The notes: a model not told the origin generated them from the sequence alone. 64,000 bases of DNA from Negaprion brevirostris (GCA_030324005.1 JARDVH010000001.1:143422690-143486689), one strand, 5' to 3'; positions 48,641 to 62,990 are shown, counted from the first letter of the stretch. Numbers and translations are program-made.

Positions 48641-51600
48641 CAGCTTGCAGATTAGAAAATCATTTGGCACAAAAGTATTTTTTTAATGACAAATTGATTG
48701 GAACTCACTCTCTTCAGAAGTTTTAAAACTTTGTCTGCATCGCCTCTGAAGCATTCTCTCCTGGTTCACATTCCTCTAGTCATTAAGCTCTGTTGCCCCA
48801 AGTCTGTAATGATTACTAAATACCCTGGAATTGATCTATGTGGTGATCCAGCTAGACCCCCTCCAAGATATTCCCCTGACAGGCAGGTGGAGAAAAGCCA
48901 AGCATTATTCTTAACATAGAATGTGATGTATGATTTCTAAACTATATTTATTCTGGCTCTGTATTTCCCAGTCTTGACCATATATACTCATCAACCTATT
49001 TACCATCTCTATAAGCCCTATAACAATGCCCCTGAATTTTAAGCATTTTATGAGTGAGGCACCAGGTCGGTCTCTTTATCTGTTCTGCATTCAAGCATGT
49101 CAGGCAAATCTAGAATTACCATGACGTAAATGCCTTATTTATTGACATAACCAACATAAGAACTTCTTCCACACTGAGTCCAGTCACCAATACAAAATTA
49201 GTCTTCAAAGTATTTGCCCCAAATCTGAACTCCCACATAAAAATTTGCTGATGTCACAAAGGTAGAAGGATTGTATTAACAATGGCTTCATCCAAATCAT
49301 AGTTAAAGTTGCTTCAAACTAAGGTCATAACCCAGATCCTGACTTATGTTGATTATTTGTGTCAACCTAATTGGCCTGCTGTGCCAGGTGGACTCTGTAA
49401 CCAAGGCCCATGCAAAAATGGCAGAGCTGAGGTCTGACATCCGGGTGGAAGACAAGCAAACTGATTTTGTTATTAATATTCCAGCAATGAGTTCAGGATT
49501 TGAAACGCAGAAGGAGGAATGGTATGAGAAAGGACACAAGCTTCCCAGAGGTGCTCAATTAAGCAACCACCACCACCACCAGGAGTGCCATCCCATACCA
49601 TGGGCAGACTGGTACCAGTCACTGGAAGGTCAGAGAGGCAAAAGAAAAGGGTGACTGGCACCCTCACTAAGAACTGCGCGTTCTGCTCCAGCAAAGAGAG
49701 AAGGTAAGAGCGCCACAAAATGGAGATACATTACTAGAACAGGCAGACATGTCCAAACACCCAGAGCCACTGATCTGTCAGCAAGGGAAATGCTTGCTTT
49801 TGCCTGTGAATGTACTGAATGAAACCGAGACTGATTTAAAGAAAGCTTTGCATATTCATTTTATGGCATTTCACCCTCTCATTGTGCTTTCACCTCCTGT
49901 AACGAGAAAAGTTGCACAAACAGCAGGGGTCCAGAACGTCTCCAGCAAACTGCCATTGCCCTAGGAAAATGGCAGCTGATTGATACCATAATGGCTGCAA
50001 TTGGCTTCTCACCACAGCCAAGTGGTTTGACACCCAGGCACACAGCCAGCTCCTGGGAAAAGCAGCCAGAGGCAGGAAGCATCAGAGAGCTGGCTCAGTT
50101 CACTACTTTATNNNNNNNNNNNNNNNNNNNNNNNNNNNNNNNNNNNNNNNNNNNNNNNNNNNNNNNNNNNNNNNNNNNNNNNNNNNNNNNNNNNNNNNNN
50201 NNNNNNNNNNNNNNNNNNNNNNNNNNNNNNNNNNNNNNNNNNNAAAAAGCTTTAGGATTCAAAGAAAAGTTGTTCCAATGATAGTTAAAACTGAGTTGAA
50301 AGGGCACGTTGGTTCTCATCTTTTTATTCAAAAGTTTATAATGGGTTTGGTTTAATTTTGTGACCAGAAATAGTGAATAACCAGGCTGGTTAAAAGACAA
50401 CATGGAAGCACTGCCCAAAATAGCTGGCGCATTTAATATACATCAGGCAAGGCAGCTGTTGAGGATAAGCAGGGATGCTTTAAGTGTTGGGGCCTGTATA
50501 GACTATTTACCATCAAACAACTTTGTCCCCTCTTCAAAACTTCCTGTCAAGTTGCCGAGACATGATTTATATTTTCAAGGGCCATATTGAGAATCCCTAA
50601 TACGCAGCACTCTTTCAAAACATTGTGTAGAGCATATCTAATAATACCTTTAAGTATTGAATGTCAAATTGGCATACATTTGCTAGACACCGACTTGCTC
50701 CCTTTGTTAAATATAGGCGCGACAGGCTTCTGTCCAGTCAATGGAAACATTCCCAGACTGCAACAAACTGATAAGTACGTGAGCCAAGTGACTGGCATTT
50801 ACTGAGGTGAATACAATCCAGACCAGCAATCCAACACTAGCAAGGACATATTCTTCAACAAATTCCAAGGGTTCAATATTGATGTAATTTTGTTTTATTT
50901 GCCTGTTCTGGCAATTCTGCAACGTTCTTAATAGTAAAAACAGATCAAAAGTCATATCCTGTTCTACTTTCCTTTGCACCATTAAGAACATTAAAAAGGC
51001 AGTACACTAACCAGTTTCACTCACCAAAACTTCAGACAGAAACATTGGCAATGACATTTATCTCTGTGACCCTAATGATTTGCACAAACCAACATCTATG
51101 ATGACTCAAAATTGCTACCCATCACCTAGGTATAAACAAATATTCTGAATAAGCCAGGGACTTATATATTGGGAAACATGGAAAGAGACAGCTAAAAGCT
51201 TCTCAGACACAAATATGTAACCTGGCTGACTACATCTCTTCAATGTCTCAAGTTACCAATTATAGTTTTATATTTCAAAATTGTGAAACAACTTTCTATT
51301 GCTAAATCATAATCACATTATGAACTGTCTCAACTAGAATCCATTCATCAGCCTCAGTTGCCCCATCAATTTACATAAATCATTATTTTTGCACCAAAAT
51401 TTCCAGGAAAATGACAGACATCTCAACAGTTTAACTACTGGAATTCTGAGTTATCAAACAAAGGAAACTCAATACATGGCAGACATCATGTTAAATTTCC
51501 ATTCAACACCAATACAATGAATAAATTTATGTTTTCATCAGAAGGAGTGGCATTCTCCTCATGGAGGGGGGTGGAAAACTGTGCATTGTCCCCATGTACC

Positions 51601-53924
51601 ACCAGCACACCCCCCTTCGCCCACCCAAAGAAATTCGGCAGCAAGCCCGTCTCCACGCAGCCAGAAAAATCTGACTTTGTCTTATTGTTAAACTGCTAAG
51701 TGGTTTAGGTAATGGCTTTTGTGCCATGTGTTTGGTGTCCGCCTTCAGAGAGCTGTTGGCCCATTAGATGGCTGGCAGTCTCAGCACTGGGAGTGGTAGC
51801 CACTGCTGCAACTGCAGTCAGTCCCCCATGTGGAATGGCACAGAGGCTGGACTGCAAGTTAAGTATGGCGGCCTCTCTTTGGCTAGTTAGGAAGGGCTGT
51901 GATCGGGAGGTCAGGATGAGGTGGGTGGGGGAGTCGGAATAAGTCAGAGTGGCAATCACTGTTAGGAGAGCCTCTGTTGGGGTCCTAGAGTGGCACCCTA
52001 AGCCCAACTGGCTAAAGGGTGGGTAGGTGAGCCAGCCCATACCTACCCTGCCACTGGTAAAATACCAGTGGAAACAGAAATTTCCCACGCCACCTGATTC
52101 TTAATGTCCGTTCCATAAGCAAAGTTAGATTGGAGTGCAAGATGGGGGGCACAGGGTGGCTGGTATAAAATTCCAGCCATATCTTCAAAGCAATTTTTGA
52201 TAAAAAGCAGTTAAGCCACAAATCACTTTGTTTAGATTAGTTTATATTGTTCCTATTTAATATCTGCTAAAATCTTTCTTGCTTCAATTGTTTTGATTGT
52301 GGATCAATGTATAACCTTTTTTTAAGCTTGGAAACATTGTCATGTTGATGATAGCCAAAATGCAGTCCAGCTTAACAATGAAAGTTGAGTTGACATCAGT
52401 TCAACAGTGCATAACCTTGTTGTTCTATTCAATGCCGACCATAGCTTCAAACTCCACATCCACTCCTACATCAAGACTGTGCACATTCATCCTAAAATAA
52501 AATCTGTCTGTTTCATCCCAACCATTATTGAAACCCTTGCTCTAGTTTGTCCAAGCTTAATTTCTCAAATGCCTAGAATTCTACCTAAATAAACTGCCTC
52601 ATTCATAACTCTTGTTACCTGCACCCCTGTGCTATCTAAGATCCTGCTCCTCTCTATCCATGCCAACCTCTGATAGTAGGTGCTGTTGCCAGCCTTCCAA
52701 GTGAAATAGAGATCTTTCTCTAGCTTTTTTGAGACTGTTTTGTGATCTGGTTGCAACAGTCTGAAGGGTTTGTTATGATCCTCATACTGAACAATAACCT
52801 TTTAAGGAAAAAGGAATCCCTACAATGCCAACAGTACAAAATATATTGGACAAGATTTTGCTTTCTAAAAAGCTTTCACTGTAATGATCTAATTAAAATC
52901 AACGCACAGTGAACTCTTGATGAGTCACTCTCAGGTGGCATGAAATTCTGCTTTGTTGACGTTAACAACTATTCCTGCTGGCAGAATTATCAAAAGCAAC
53001 AGAACAATGCCCATGACTCGCTGAAATTCCATAATGATTGATCTGGATTAGCCAAACCTTTGCTAGGTGCTGACAAGAGAAATAATGCTGAAATCAGGGG
53101 TCACAAGATTGTGCCAAAAAAGCAGATTGGTTGGAGCTAAGTGCACTCAAATTTCTCTGTGGAACTAGACCTGGCAAAGACCTGTGAGAAAGTTAAAGAT
53201 TTTGTTAACCAGAGCAAAAAATTGAGAGGGCAGGTGGAAAACAGTGACAGAAAGTAGACACTGCAAGAAAGCTGGGAATTCTGCCATCATATTTGTCCAC
53301 AATTCTGAAAGCCAAGGAGAACATCTTGGAACAGTTCAACAAATGGGTATTCTCTCCAGCAAAGGAAGAGGAGGAGAGAATGACCATCTGTGCCAACATT
53401 GAAGCAGCTCTGCTAACGTGGTACAATCCATGCTGGCCAAGCAGAGATGTGCCAATTTCCGGCTCCATCCTGCAGAAAAGGGGAGTCACCATGGTGAAGA
53501 AGCTAGGACACATGGAATTTACATGCAATGATGGATGACTGGACTGATTCAAGACAAGGCACAACATTGTCTTCTGCTCGGCGAGTGTTGAGGGCATTGC
53601 CATTACGACAACAATGACAGATGACCGGCTCTTAAATGGTCTTGTCCATGTCTTGAATGTAAATGCATAAAGAGACATATTTGACATGGGTGAAACCGGA
53701 CTGTTTTACCGTCTTTTGCCAGACTGCTGTTTGGCGTTTACAGGAGCACGTGTAATGGCAGAAAGCAAAGAACGGACCACGGCTATGGACAATGCCAACA
53801 TGGATGGCATCAAAAATCTGTTGCCTCTCATGAGGAAGACCAAGAAACCACAATTCTTTTCAAAAGTTACTACCCACACAGAATAAGGCAAATAAAAAAA
53901 AGGATCAGAAAAGTGGACAAAATG

Positions 53925-54275
53925 TTTTTTTTTGGTTCATTTGTTGGACATAGGCTTCACTGGGTAGCTAGCATTTATTGCCCATCCCTAGTCACCAGAG
54001 GGCAATTGAGTGTCAACCACGTTGCTGTGGATTTGGACTCACATGTAGGCCAGACCAGGTAAGGACGGCAGAATTCCTTCCCTAAAGGACATTAGTGAGC
54101 CAGACAATTGACAATGATTTCATGGTCATCAGTAGATTCTTAACTCCAGATATATTTTATTGAATTCAAATTTCACCATCTGCCATAGCAGGATTCGAAC
54201 CCCGGTCCCCAGAACATTAGCTGAGTTTCTGGATTAATAATCGAGCAATAATGCAACTAGGCCATCACCACTCCC
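53925..54275 (-). mobile_element. tRNA-derived SINE (third family) inserted in the Tigger transposase
   Basis: Minus-strand head gtgatggcctagt (A box) and ggggttcgaatcc (B box); tail agggatgggcaataaatgct is shared with the CR1-group LINE at 2510. Confidence 0.85.
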
Positions 54276-55095
54276 TGGGAATCAAAGAAAAAGAACATTG
54301 CCATCATTGTAAACAACTACCCTGACACTGCTGGCCTCAAGACCATCAAGCTGATGTTCCAGCCAGTGGATGAGGGTGTGCTCAGGATCTGGAAAACCCA
54401 CTAATGAAGGCAGCAGATCTCTCAGGCCATTGATAAGAAGTAGGGCTAAAATCCCACTGTTCTCCAGGCCACGTTGACACTGAAAAAGATGGGGAAGGAA
54501 AGCCACATTTGCAAGCTGCTTCAACAATGCTGGGTTCAAACAGATTACAGCTGCAGAAAACAATGGCAGTGATGAGGAGCAGGGGGATGCCAATCTACAC
54601 AATGGTGAGGCATTTTCCTTTTGCCTCTTGGGGGCTAAGATGGAGATTCTGGCAGAGACAATGATAGAAAGATAGATGATGCCGTATGATGTACACTGAA
54701 CTGACAGATGATACCACTGTAGATACAGCACATTCTCTAGCCAAGGAGGTGATGACCCTGAAGATTCCGATGAATGTCTGTTTGTTTACCTGGGTCATGC
54801 CGTGGAGGTGTAGAGATTTTCTAAAATTTCGCACTGCAACACGTAAATACTAACAACACACTTGACTGCATGGCAACATTGAGCACATAAAAGGATTATG
54901 GAGCTTTTCTAGTGATAAATTGTGTGCTGGAGCAGACGAGTGAAGGAGCAGAGAGACAGATAAGAAATTACCTGTTAAAAACCTGTTTAAATAAGNNNNN
55001 NNNNNNNNNNNNNNNNNNNNNNNNNNNNNNNNNNNNNNNNNNNNNNNNNNNNNNNNNNNNNNNNNNNNNNNNNNNNNNNNNNNNNNNNNNNNNNN

Positions 55096-55208
55096 GGGAG
55101 TGTGGAACTGAGCCACGACAGATCAGCCATGATCTTACTGAATGGCGGGGCAGGCTCGAAGGGCTAGATGGCCTACCCCTGCTCCTATTTCTTATGTTCT
55201 TATGTTCT
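55096..55208 (+). mobile_element. CR1 3' tail (5' part in N gap)
   Basis: gatcagccatgatcttactgaatggcggggcaggctcgaagggctagatggcctacccctgctcctatttcttatgttcttatgttct. Confidence 0.85.
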
Positions 55209-58200
55209 AAACCCCTACCTTTCCCCAGGTCAACCCCATCCCCCAAGGATGGCCAACAAAATGTAAACTATACATAAACAAATTGAGTAAAGATTTTTTC
55301 ACTATTACTGTGTAATACTATGTTTCTCATTTCAAATTTGAATCTGAAAAAAACTAATACAGTAGATTCATTTGTAGGTATATTGGGTTACACACTTGCA
55401 TATCCTGGTGCTAAATTGGGCCTCATCAGATATCACAATACTCTGTTTAACCAAAAATTAAAGGCAACTTTGCTTGGATTCAGCTCATTGAGAGTTTCTT
55501 GTAACTCAAACATTAATTAACAGATGAAAGGCATGTCGAACAAAGAGGTAAATAATTGAAACAACTGGCTGCAAAAACGAGGCAACACGTGCAATCACCC
55601 AGTCTCCCCAGCTCAATCCTGCAGTGTAGGATCTTTCACTTCTCCCTTGACCATTTCAGCCCTCGAGTTGCATTCAGCAACAGCCATATTTCATTTATAA
55701 AATCGCTGAACGCTGTTTGTTACCACTGGCAAGGTGCACATCTATGTGCCGTCTCTCACTTGCGTCACAACAGTCCTGATGGCACAGCATCCTCAGCAAC
55801 TCCGTTTTCTGACTGACCTCTTCAAATGACTGGGGGGCTCTGGCAGCACTGAAACAGCTCATCCCTTGCACTGTATGTCCTTAACTCTCTTCCCTTCCCA
55901 GGGGCCAGGTGGTGTGGAGGAAATGCATGCAAATGCCAGATCATTTGGGAGGGGGCACCCTATGTTAAAAGGAGGTTGTTGATGGACCTGCTCACGCCCT
56001 GTCCACTCAAGGTCTGAGCTGAGTCACTTTTTGGCTTTCTCCCTGCCCCTGCACTCATTCAAACACCTGAAAATTGGGGCCTGATGGGAAGTGGAGCTTA
56101 AGCAGTTATTAATTCTGCCCCAAGGAACCAATTAACACTCTTTCAGAAAGCATCCCAGTCCCATCTGGTTTGAAGGGGATGTAACACAAAAGTAAATACA
56201 GGCTTCTCCTGGGGTCGTTGCAGATTGATGTAGTTGCGCAAGGTGCATTTCTTTAAAATGCTCTCTTGAGCAACGACCTGACAAAATCAAGATGACTTAA
56301 AATAGATATTCAGTTGCATTTGGCTTGCTGCTAGGATATTATTCAAGAAATCAGCCTTCCTGTCCAAGCACCCCACCTTCTCCATGACATACTCTTGAAT
56401 ATGCATTATAGCCTCATCATACATCATGGCTCTCATCAGGTCAAGAATGATTCTGACCAAGCTTTGAGAAAGTTCTGAACTAGATGGCTTGGTAATGTCC
56501 TAAAGACAAATGTACCCTCTGTTCTTGGACACAGCCACAGTGTTGAGCCCTTGCATGGTGCATAAGCTTGGTAACATAAAGGAGACAACTTGTCTGTCAC
56601 CTGTATGGGAATTTTCAGGTTGCTGAACATTCAGCTGAGGGGAAATATTGCTTATTATCTTGGGAGACGCACTGTCAGCATCAACTAGTAAATTGGGAAC
56701 TTCCTAAAGTTGGCCCAAGGATTATTATCATTTTCATATTGTCCAGTGGGCAGATTTATAATCACTCTACTGACCACTTGGTTATAATTCTCTATGTGAG
56801 TTACTATAACCCCACAAAGAGTACACACTAGAAGTTACTATAGCAAGTTCTGTCCTTCCTCTATCTGTGGTGACAATTTCAGGTTAACCCTTGTCTTGTG
56901 TAGACAATCGAGTTCAATTGATAGCAAGACTTACCTGACAGGATTAGTTTCATGACCCACATTATTGGGCATGAAGAAAGGTGGCTTCTGCCTCTACTCG
57001 GAAGGCTTCATATTGGTAAGAATTCACCTCACATGCTAGTATGAAAACTGAGAATCAGATTGTGCCCAACAATAAATGAATCTGCTCAGATCATTTTAAA
57101 CTGACACTACAATGTTGCTCTTGTGTGTACTGTATTTGAAATACCAAAAGCCTGACTAATTGATTGTGTCTGAATTATATACCAACAGAGGAATCATAAT
57201 GCCAAACAATATTATGAACACCAGTCATTGCGTTTGCTGATTCATGCCTTGTGTGGGTAAGTCCCTGGCGTTATAAAATCCACCTACACACACATCACTT
57301 GTTCTCAGAGAGGAAAAAAAGGATTTGTTCCTTCAATTGCACTGGCAAATCTATTGAGGACAAATTTAAAGTAAACAGAATTAAAGATGATTCAATTTAC
57401 ACTGAAATATATTATACAAATAATACATTCTCTGCTGTAGTCATACATCAATTATAATAGAATAATATAATTGCACACACAAATCAAACTGGACACATGA
57501 CTACAGCTAGAAATGCTCTAAACATTCACATACTGTCTGAATTGCTCTTTCTTCTGTTTTCTAATCCTCCCCCATATCCTATTTTTAAAAACTGGTGTTG
57601 TGGGGGCCAGTTTACTATTCCAGATCACCTTTATCAAAAGGTTAAACTTTACTCAAGGTTAAACCAGCAAGTGCAATTAATGTTTTGTAGCCAAGGTCTT
57701 AAAAAAAATTCCAAATGGGAACCCTGGTATTGTTTGTTTTGATTTGTTTAAGGTTTATGCAAATACAAAGGTTAACCTACAAATGTCACTTCTGTTTTGT
57801 ATACAGAGTAATCTAGCATAGTTTGTTGAAATACATTACTATGCATTTAGTGAATGTTTTAGTTTAAATAATTTCCCTAGCAATGCAGGGATGCTACATT
57901 CTACACGAACACGCATGTTACATTTTATTATTAGTAAAGAGCAGGGAACTGATAGTCATGTGAACATGTAGCTCTGTGCAACATGAATGCCATATTCACG
58001 TTGCACTGCAGTCAGATTCCAAGAACCTAATGTCTAATGCGATGGCCCATGTGCTTTTGGGGAAAATAAACATTAATTTTGAGGTGATGGTTCCGACAAA
58101 AGATAGGTTTCTCCAAAAAAAGAATTATTGTAAAAAGCAGCTGACATGCAGTAATTGATCATGTGACCCATGTTGCCTGGGAGGGGAACAATGATTGGGG

Positions 58201-58799
58201 CTGGGGGGTAGGAAAGAGGTCAACCAGGATAAGTATGAGGGGGACCCTGGGTGTTGTTCTGTGTCAAGCAGTTTGGGTTTATTTCCAGATCAAGGTGGCT
58301 AGGAAGGCCTTATCTTTCAAGCAGGATTCAGCTGAAAGGGTGTGCTGGCTAAAATTATTTTTTTTAAGCTTCAGAATGGATTGACTCTACTAACACCAAA
58401 TAGAATATCTTGAAAAGCCAAGCTAGGAAGAGAGGGCTCTTAGATACAAGACTCCAGAGTTAGAGTATAAAAAGCAAGAGTCCTGACCAGAAGTGGTCAT
58501 GCTTAAGATGTTAGTTATACTTGTTTTAAACTGGGAGACCATAGCAGAAGATGGTTGGAGGAAGTTGGAATGGATAGCCTTGCTAGAAGCAAGCAGAAAT
58601 GCAGACAACTTTTTCTTGAAACATTCAGCACACAACTCCAGTCAAAGTTATGTAATCATAGTAACTTCGTTGCAGTGTTAATGCAAGCCTACTTGTGAAA
58701 AAAATAGAACTACCAATATGAATTTCGGGAACTAAGTGCGCATGTTGACAATTTCATAAGTTGAAAAACACAGTCATAAAATGTGAATTTAAAGACACA

Positions 58800-59380
58800 G
58801 ATGAAAGGATGGTTGGTTAACTCATATGGGGCACTGCAAGCCTGAGGTACAAAAACTTATTGGAAAGGGCAAGCTCACAATTCAGCAGACTGCAGACCCT
58901 GCCAGAGTCCACGAAATCTCAAGCCGAGATGGAGGCACCGACTGCCAAAACAGCCAGCTTTTAATTAAGAGTGATACAGTGCAACAGCAACAAGAGAATG
59001 CACGCCAGACAGACAGAAAGATATACAGTGGTTGCGGAAGACTGAGTCCGCAAACAGAAGGAAATGTCCTGCAGGTCTTGTAGGAAACCCAAATCATTGG
59101 GAAAAGATGTGCCAAACAAAGAGAAGATGGTGAATGAGTTATTAGAGTTACAGCAACTGGGAGAACAAAAAGCAAAAAAATTCAAAGCTTCCATATCCTG
59201 GAAGGTGATGATGAGTTTGGAGGACACAATAGGCATGGGAACCAAAAGAGCGGCATGAAATGGCTGGATCCAACAGTTCATGCAACCATTCAGATCAGCA
59301 AGGGGGTTAGAAATAAGCCAACTACAAATTTGAGGCTGAAGCTTGAGACTTGAACATAGAGCAACATGGTGCAACTCAGG
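58800..59380 (+). mobile_element. Highly decayed RTE-like LINE C-terminal fragment
   Basis: Fragments EMSC..RK, HILEG and MKWLD occur in the order expected for an RTE ORF end; heavily frameshifted. Confidence 0.4.
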
Positions 59381-59484
59381 CTCCAGACCTTAAAGAAAAT
59401 GGGCACCTAAGGAAAGGTGCTTTGAAACCAAGCAACATTTAAACAGCATATGGGGGGGTTATTCTAGAGCCATGATTTTTTTTA

Positions 59485-59790
59485 AAAAGTTTATTTTATT
59501 ACTGCCATTAGGCTTACATTAACACCGCATGAAGTTACTGTGAAAATCTTCGAGTCACCACACTCCGGCACAGATACATTGAGATACATTGAGGGAGAAT
59601 TTAGCACAGCCAATGCACCTAACCAGTACATCTTTCAGATTGTGGGAGGAAACCAGAGCACCTGGAGGAAACCCACGCAGACATTGGGAGAACATGCAAA
59701 CTCTGCAAATGACCCAAGCCAGGAATCGTACCCAAGTCCCTGGTGCTGTGAAGCAGCAGTGCTAAGCTCTCTGATACTCTGCTGTTCATG
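59485..59790 (-). mobile_element. V-SINE with alternative tail
   Basis: ggcttacattaacaccgcatgaagttactgtgaaaatc tail with V core and tRNA head (gacccaagccaggaatcg...gcagcagtgctaa). Confidence 0.85.
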
Positions 59791-59937
59791 ATCAATGGGA
59801 CAACTTGGAGGACAAAATGAATGCTGATAGTGGTTTTACCAATCAATCCAATCAGATAGTTATTTGTCTGACATCAGGTGTACACGTTCAGTCCATTGTT
59901 ACAATACTGCATCTGTTTGATCTGTGAAAACATTTAT

Positions 59938-60190
59938 CAGAATCATACAATCCTATAGTGCAGTAGGTGGTTATTCGGCCCACTGAGTCTGCACTGACTT
60001 GTACCCAGGCTTACCTATAACCACACATATTTACCCTAGCAATCCACCTAACCTGTGTGTCTTGGAACATCAAGGAGCAATTTTATCATGGCCAATCCAC
60101 CTAATCTGCATATCTTTGAATGTGGGAAGAAACTGGCTCAACCAGAGGAAACCCACGCAGACACAAGGAGAAGGTGCAAACTCTGCATAG
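59938..60190 (-). mobile_element. HE1-like V-SINE, 5'-truncated
   Basis: cagaatcatacaatcctatagtgcag tail, catggccaatccacctaatctgca core, ggaaacccacgcagacac. Confidence 0.85.
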
Positions 60191-60234
60191 CTAAATATTT
60201 ATCAATCTTCTTTACCCCTGGCTCTGCAGAAGGC

Positions 60235-60735
60235 TTTGATTGAAGCCTCGCACTTGAAGTACTGCATCCAGTTCTGAGCATTACACTTCAGGAAGGTTGT
60301 GAAGGCATTAGAAAAGGTGCAGTAAAGATTCACAGCATAGATTCAAGAAGCTGGACCTGTTCTCATTAGACAAGAGAAGGTTGAGAGGAGATTTGATAGC
60401 GATATACAAAATCATGGCAAGGATGGACAGAATAGATGGGGAGAAACTATTCCCAGAAAACCAGAGGACATCAACTTAGCTTGATTGGGAAAAACAGGAG
60501 TGGTGACAGGAGGAGAAACTTTATTAAACAACGCATGATTAAGATCTGGAATGCACTGCCTGAGTGTTAGTGGAGGCAGATCTAATTGTGATTTTTAAAA
60601 GAGAATTGGATCACAAATCGAAGCAGCATTACAGTGAAAAGAAAGGGAAATGGCACTAAGTGACTTGCTCTTCTAGAAAGCCAGTGCAGACACAACAGGC
60701 CAAATGGCCTCCTTCTTTGTAGTAACCATTCTATT
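60235..60735 (+). mobile_element. Decayed CR1 LINE 3' end
   Basis: YCIQF*ALHFRKVVKALEKVQ...FSLDKRRLRGDLIAIYKIM...KIWNALPE; tail ggccaaatggcctccttct...ccattctat. Confidence 0.85.
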
Positions 60736-61095
60736 TAATCCTTGCTGACACTGAAGTGCAATACTCAGCCAGAACAGTATGGCTGAAGATGTCACCTTTG
60801 AGAAGAGGTGTTAAACAGAGGTCTCTGCTGCTTACTCTGGTGGTATAAAGATCCATTGCAATAATTGCAAAGGAAAAAAACATTTTTCCCATGTCCTTAA
60901 TCAAAACCACTAGAAACAGATTAACTGATCCTTTATCTTACCCAATGTTTGTGAATCCTGCTGTATGTAAATACACTTTCATATTGCTCACTTAATGTCA
61001 TACGTCCACTTACTCAAGAGTAATCAATTGGTTATGCAGCACACTGGGCTGCATAAAGCATCCTGAGGGCCAGAAACGTCCATAAATGTCTGGTA
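60736..61095 (+). mobile_element. Decayed DeuSINE-like SINE
   Basis: gtgttaaacagaggtc...aaagatccattgca...aaacagattaactg...ttgtgaatcctgctgt...taatcaattggttatgcagcacactggg is similar to 1430-1832 and 20590-20955. Confidence 0.55.
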
Positions 61096-62827
61096 AACAG
61101 TTTACTTAACTTGGGGAAAGCACACTTGATAATCAAAGGGTTCAAGTTAGCTGCTAATGCTGTAACCATGTTTTTTGGGTCGTGTAGTTGCACTGTGCTT
61201 GCAATGACCTCATTCCTAAGACTAATTGTGGTAGTGTGCCTGACCCAGACCAGATCAACAGCTATTTCCTGGTTCTTCCTACACATATGTTCTCACCGCA
61301 TGACTACTGTTAAAATTATTTCCAATTATTCTGCTCTAGTACCATAGCAGTGGGCCCATGTAACCCAGCTGTCAAGACAGATGCACAGTAATAAAGTGGT
61401 ACTGTAAGGTTTCAACTGCAATCTCTGCTGTGTATTGAATCAAAAGTTCATTCTTCAAGAATGGTTGAAAGTATGTTAACTAATCGTACTAACTGCACGC
61501 ATTTCACCAAACTGTTAAAATTGGAGACAGATGTATCAAATATGAGCAGTTTTGCCAATGCAAATGATAACTTGTGATCTAATCTGTTTGTGTGCCAGAA
61601 CAAAAACAGGAAGACAAGGACACCCGGCCCATCTGGGCACCCATTTAACTTGTTTCTCTTAAATCAGGAGTGTCGTGTGCAAGACACTAGATCATTTTTT
61701 GCTTTGCAGGAAAGACAATAAACTTTGATGTCTGACAATAGCTGGATATCAACAACAAAGTTCAACAGACAGAATGCCCTGTGCCAAAATTTATCATTTA
61801 AGCTTGCTTCATTACATCAGTTCACTTTGCAGAAAGCAATAAACTTCGTCAACAGGCAATGGCAGCAAGAATAATGGCAACACTGACCCCTTTCAGAAAA
61901 ATTAGATTCAGCACAAATATGACCTTGTTTGTCAGTATCGCGCCCACTACAAGAAATGGTTAGTGCCGTCCATAAAAAAACAACAATATTCTGTAATAGA
62001 CAGATATTCAGGATATATGGAAAGGATTCTAAATGCTTACCAAAAACCCATCTGCCTCTGTTCTAAATATTTTGACAGGCTAACGCACCTGTGCAAGCAA
62101 GCTTGGTAAAGTAATGAATTGTGGTGGACGGCAGGCACAAAGGTAATTGTATAAAGTAATTTGGTGCATATCTTTTTTTAAAAAGGAAATCTTTAAATAA
62201 TTCTCAAATTTCTGAGATGACAACTTTCCAAGACCTGCTGCATGGTTCTCAAAGTTCTAACGAAAATATTTTACTAAGGTCACCGAAGAGAAATGGCCAT
62301 TTGAGTGACGTGCTGAAAGGTCAACACTATCTTGTTGAACTGTCAAGGTGTCATGTTCAGCAGAAGGGAAATAAGGCCAGAAAATTGGAAAGTTGAGCCA
62401 ATGTGGGAAAGTGCACTCTCCTTTTAGCATGTGTTTCTATTTGTTCTCAATATATGTTTTTAACGATTTGAGTGTGAAGTTGAACTGAGAAAAAAAGCTG
62501 TGATCAAGAACAGTTTTCCCACCAATTCAGCACTTTTGGGAGAACCTTACCTATTTAATGAATGCAGAATTATTACAACCTAGAGATAGATACACTCCAA
62601 TGTAGTTAATTTATCAAATAAAAATGGGACATCTTTGCATAAAGCAAAGAGGTTTTTACACAAGAGTGCTGCTAATGGCAGACAGGCTGCTATCCCTCTG
62701 CTGGCTATTCTACACACAAGAAACTATCTGCATGAAATCAGTGTCTGTGATAGGTGCCAGTTTCAGCAAAGTAAATACAATGAATCTGACTTGTACTTTT
62801 ACTTTCAAGGACAACAATTGTAAAGGG

Positions 62828-62990
62828 TTTAAAATTTATTTATTAGTGTCACAAGTGGGCTTACACTCACACTGCAATGAAATTATTGTGAAAATCCCCT
62901 AGTTGCCACACTCCACCCCCCTGTTTGGGTACACCGAGGAGAATTTAGCACTGCCACTTCAACTAACTGGCATGTCCTCTGTGGGAGGAA
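62828..62990 (-). mobile_element. 3' half of the alternative-tail V-SINE
   Basis: tttatttattagtgtcacaagtgggcttacactcacactgcaatgaaattattgtgaaaatcccctagttgccacactcc...gagaatttagca. Confidence 0.8.

Larger units (their letters stand above)
52907..55501 (+). mobile_element. Decayed Tigger/pogo (Tc1-mariner superfamily) DNA transposon with transposase pseudogene
   Basis: CENP-B-type HTH (LSTILKAKE...IEAALLTWY...VPISGSILQK...EF...G*L), then IFDMGETGLFYRLLPD...SKERTT...NMDG and, after the SINE, IAIIVNN...QPVDEG (DDE_1). Candidate degenerate TIRs cagtgaactcttgatgag (52907) and ctcattgagagtttcttg|ta (to 55501). Boundaries are less certain than the transposase call. Confidence 0.8.

Noticed and set aside
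51545-52175. GC-richer patches with aaaattccagcc-type ends (also ~31340-31560, ~45300-45725, ~55800-56250)
   Set aside because: Probably decayed non-autonomous DNA transposons, but I could not define paired termini or a family well enough to report them.
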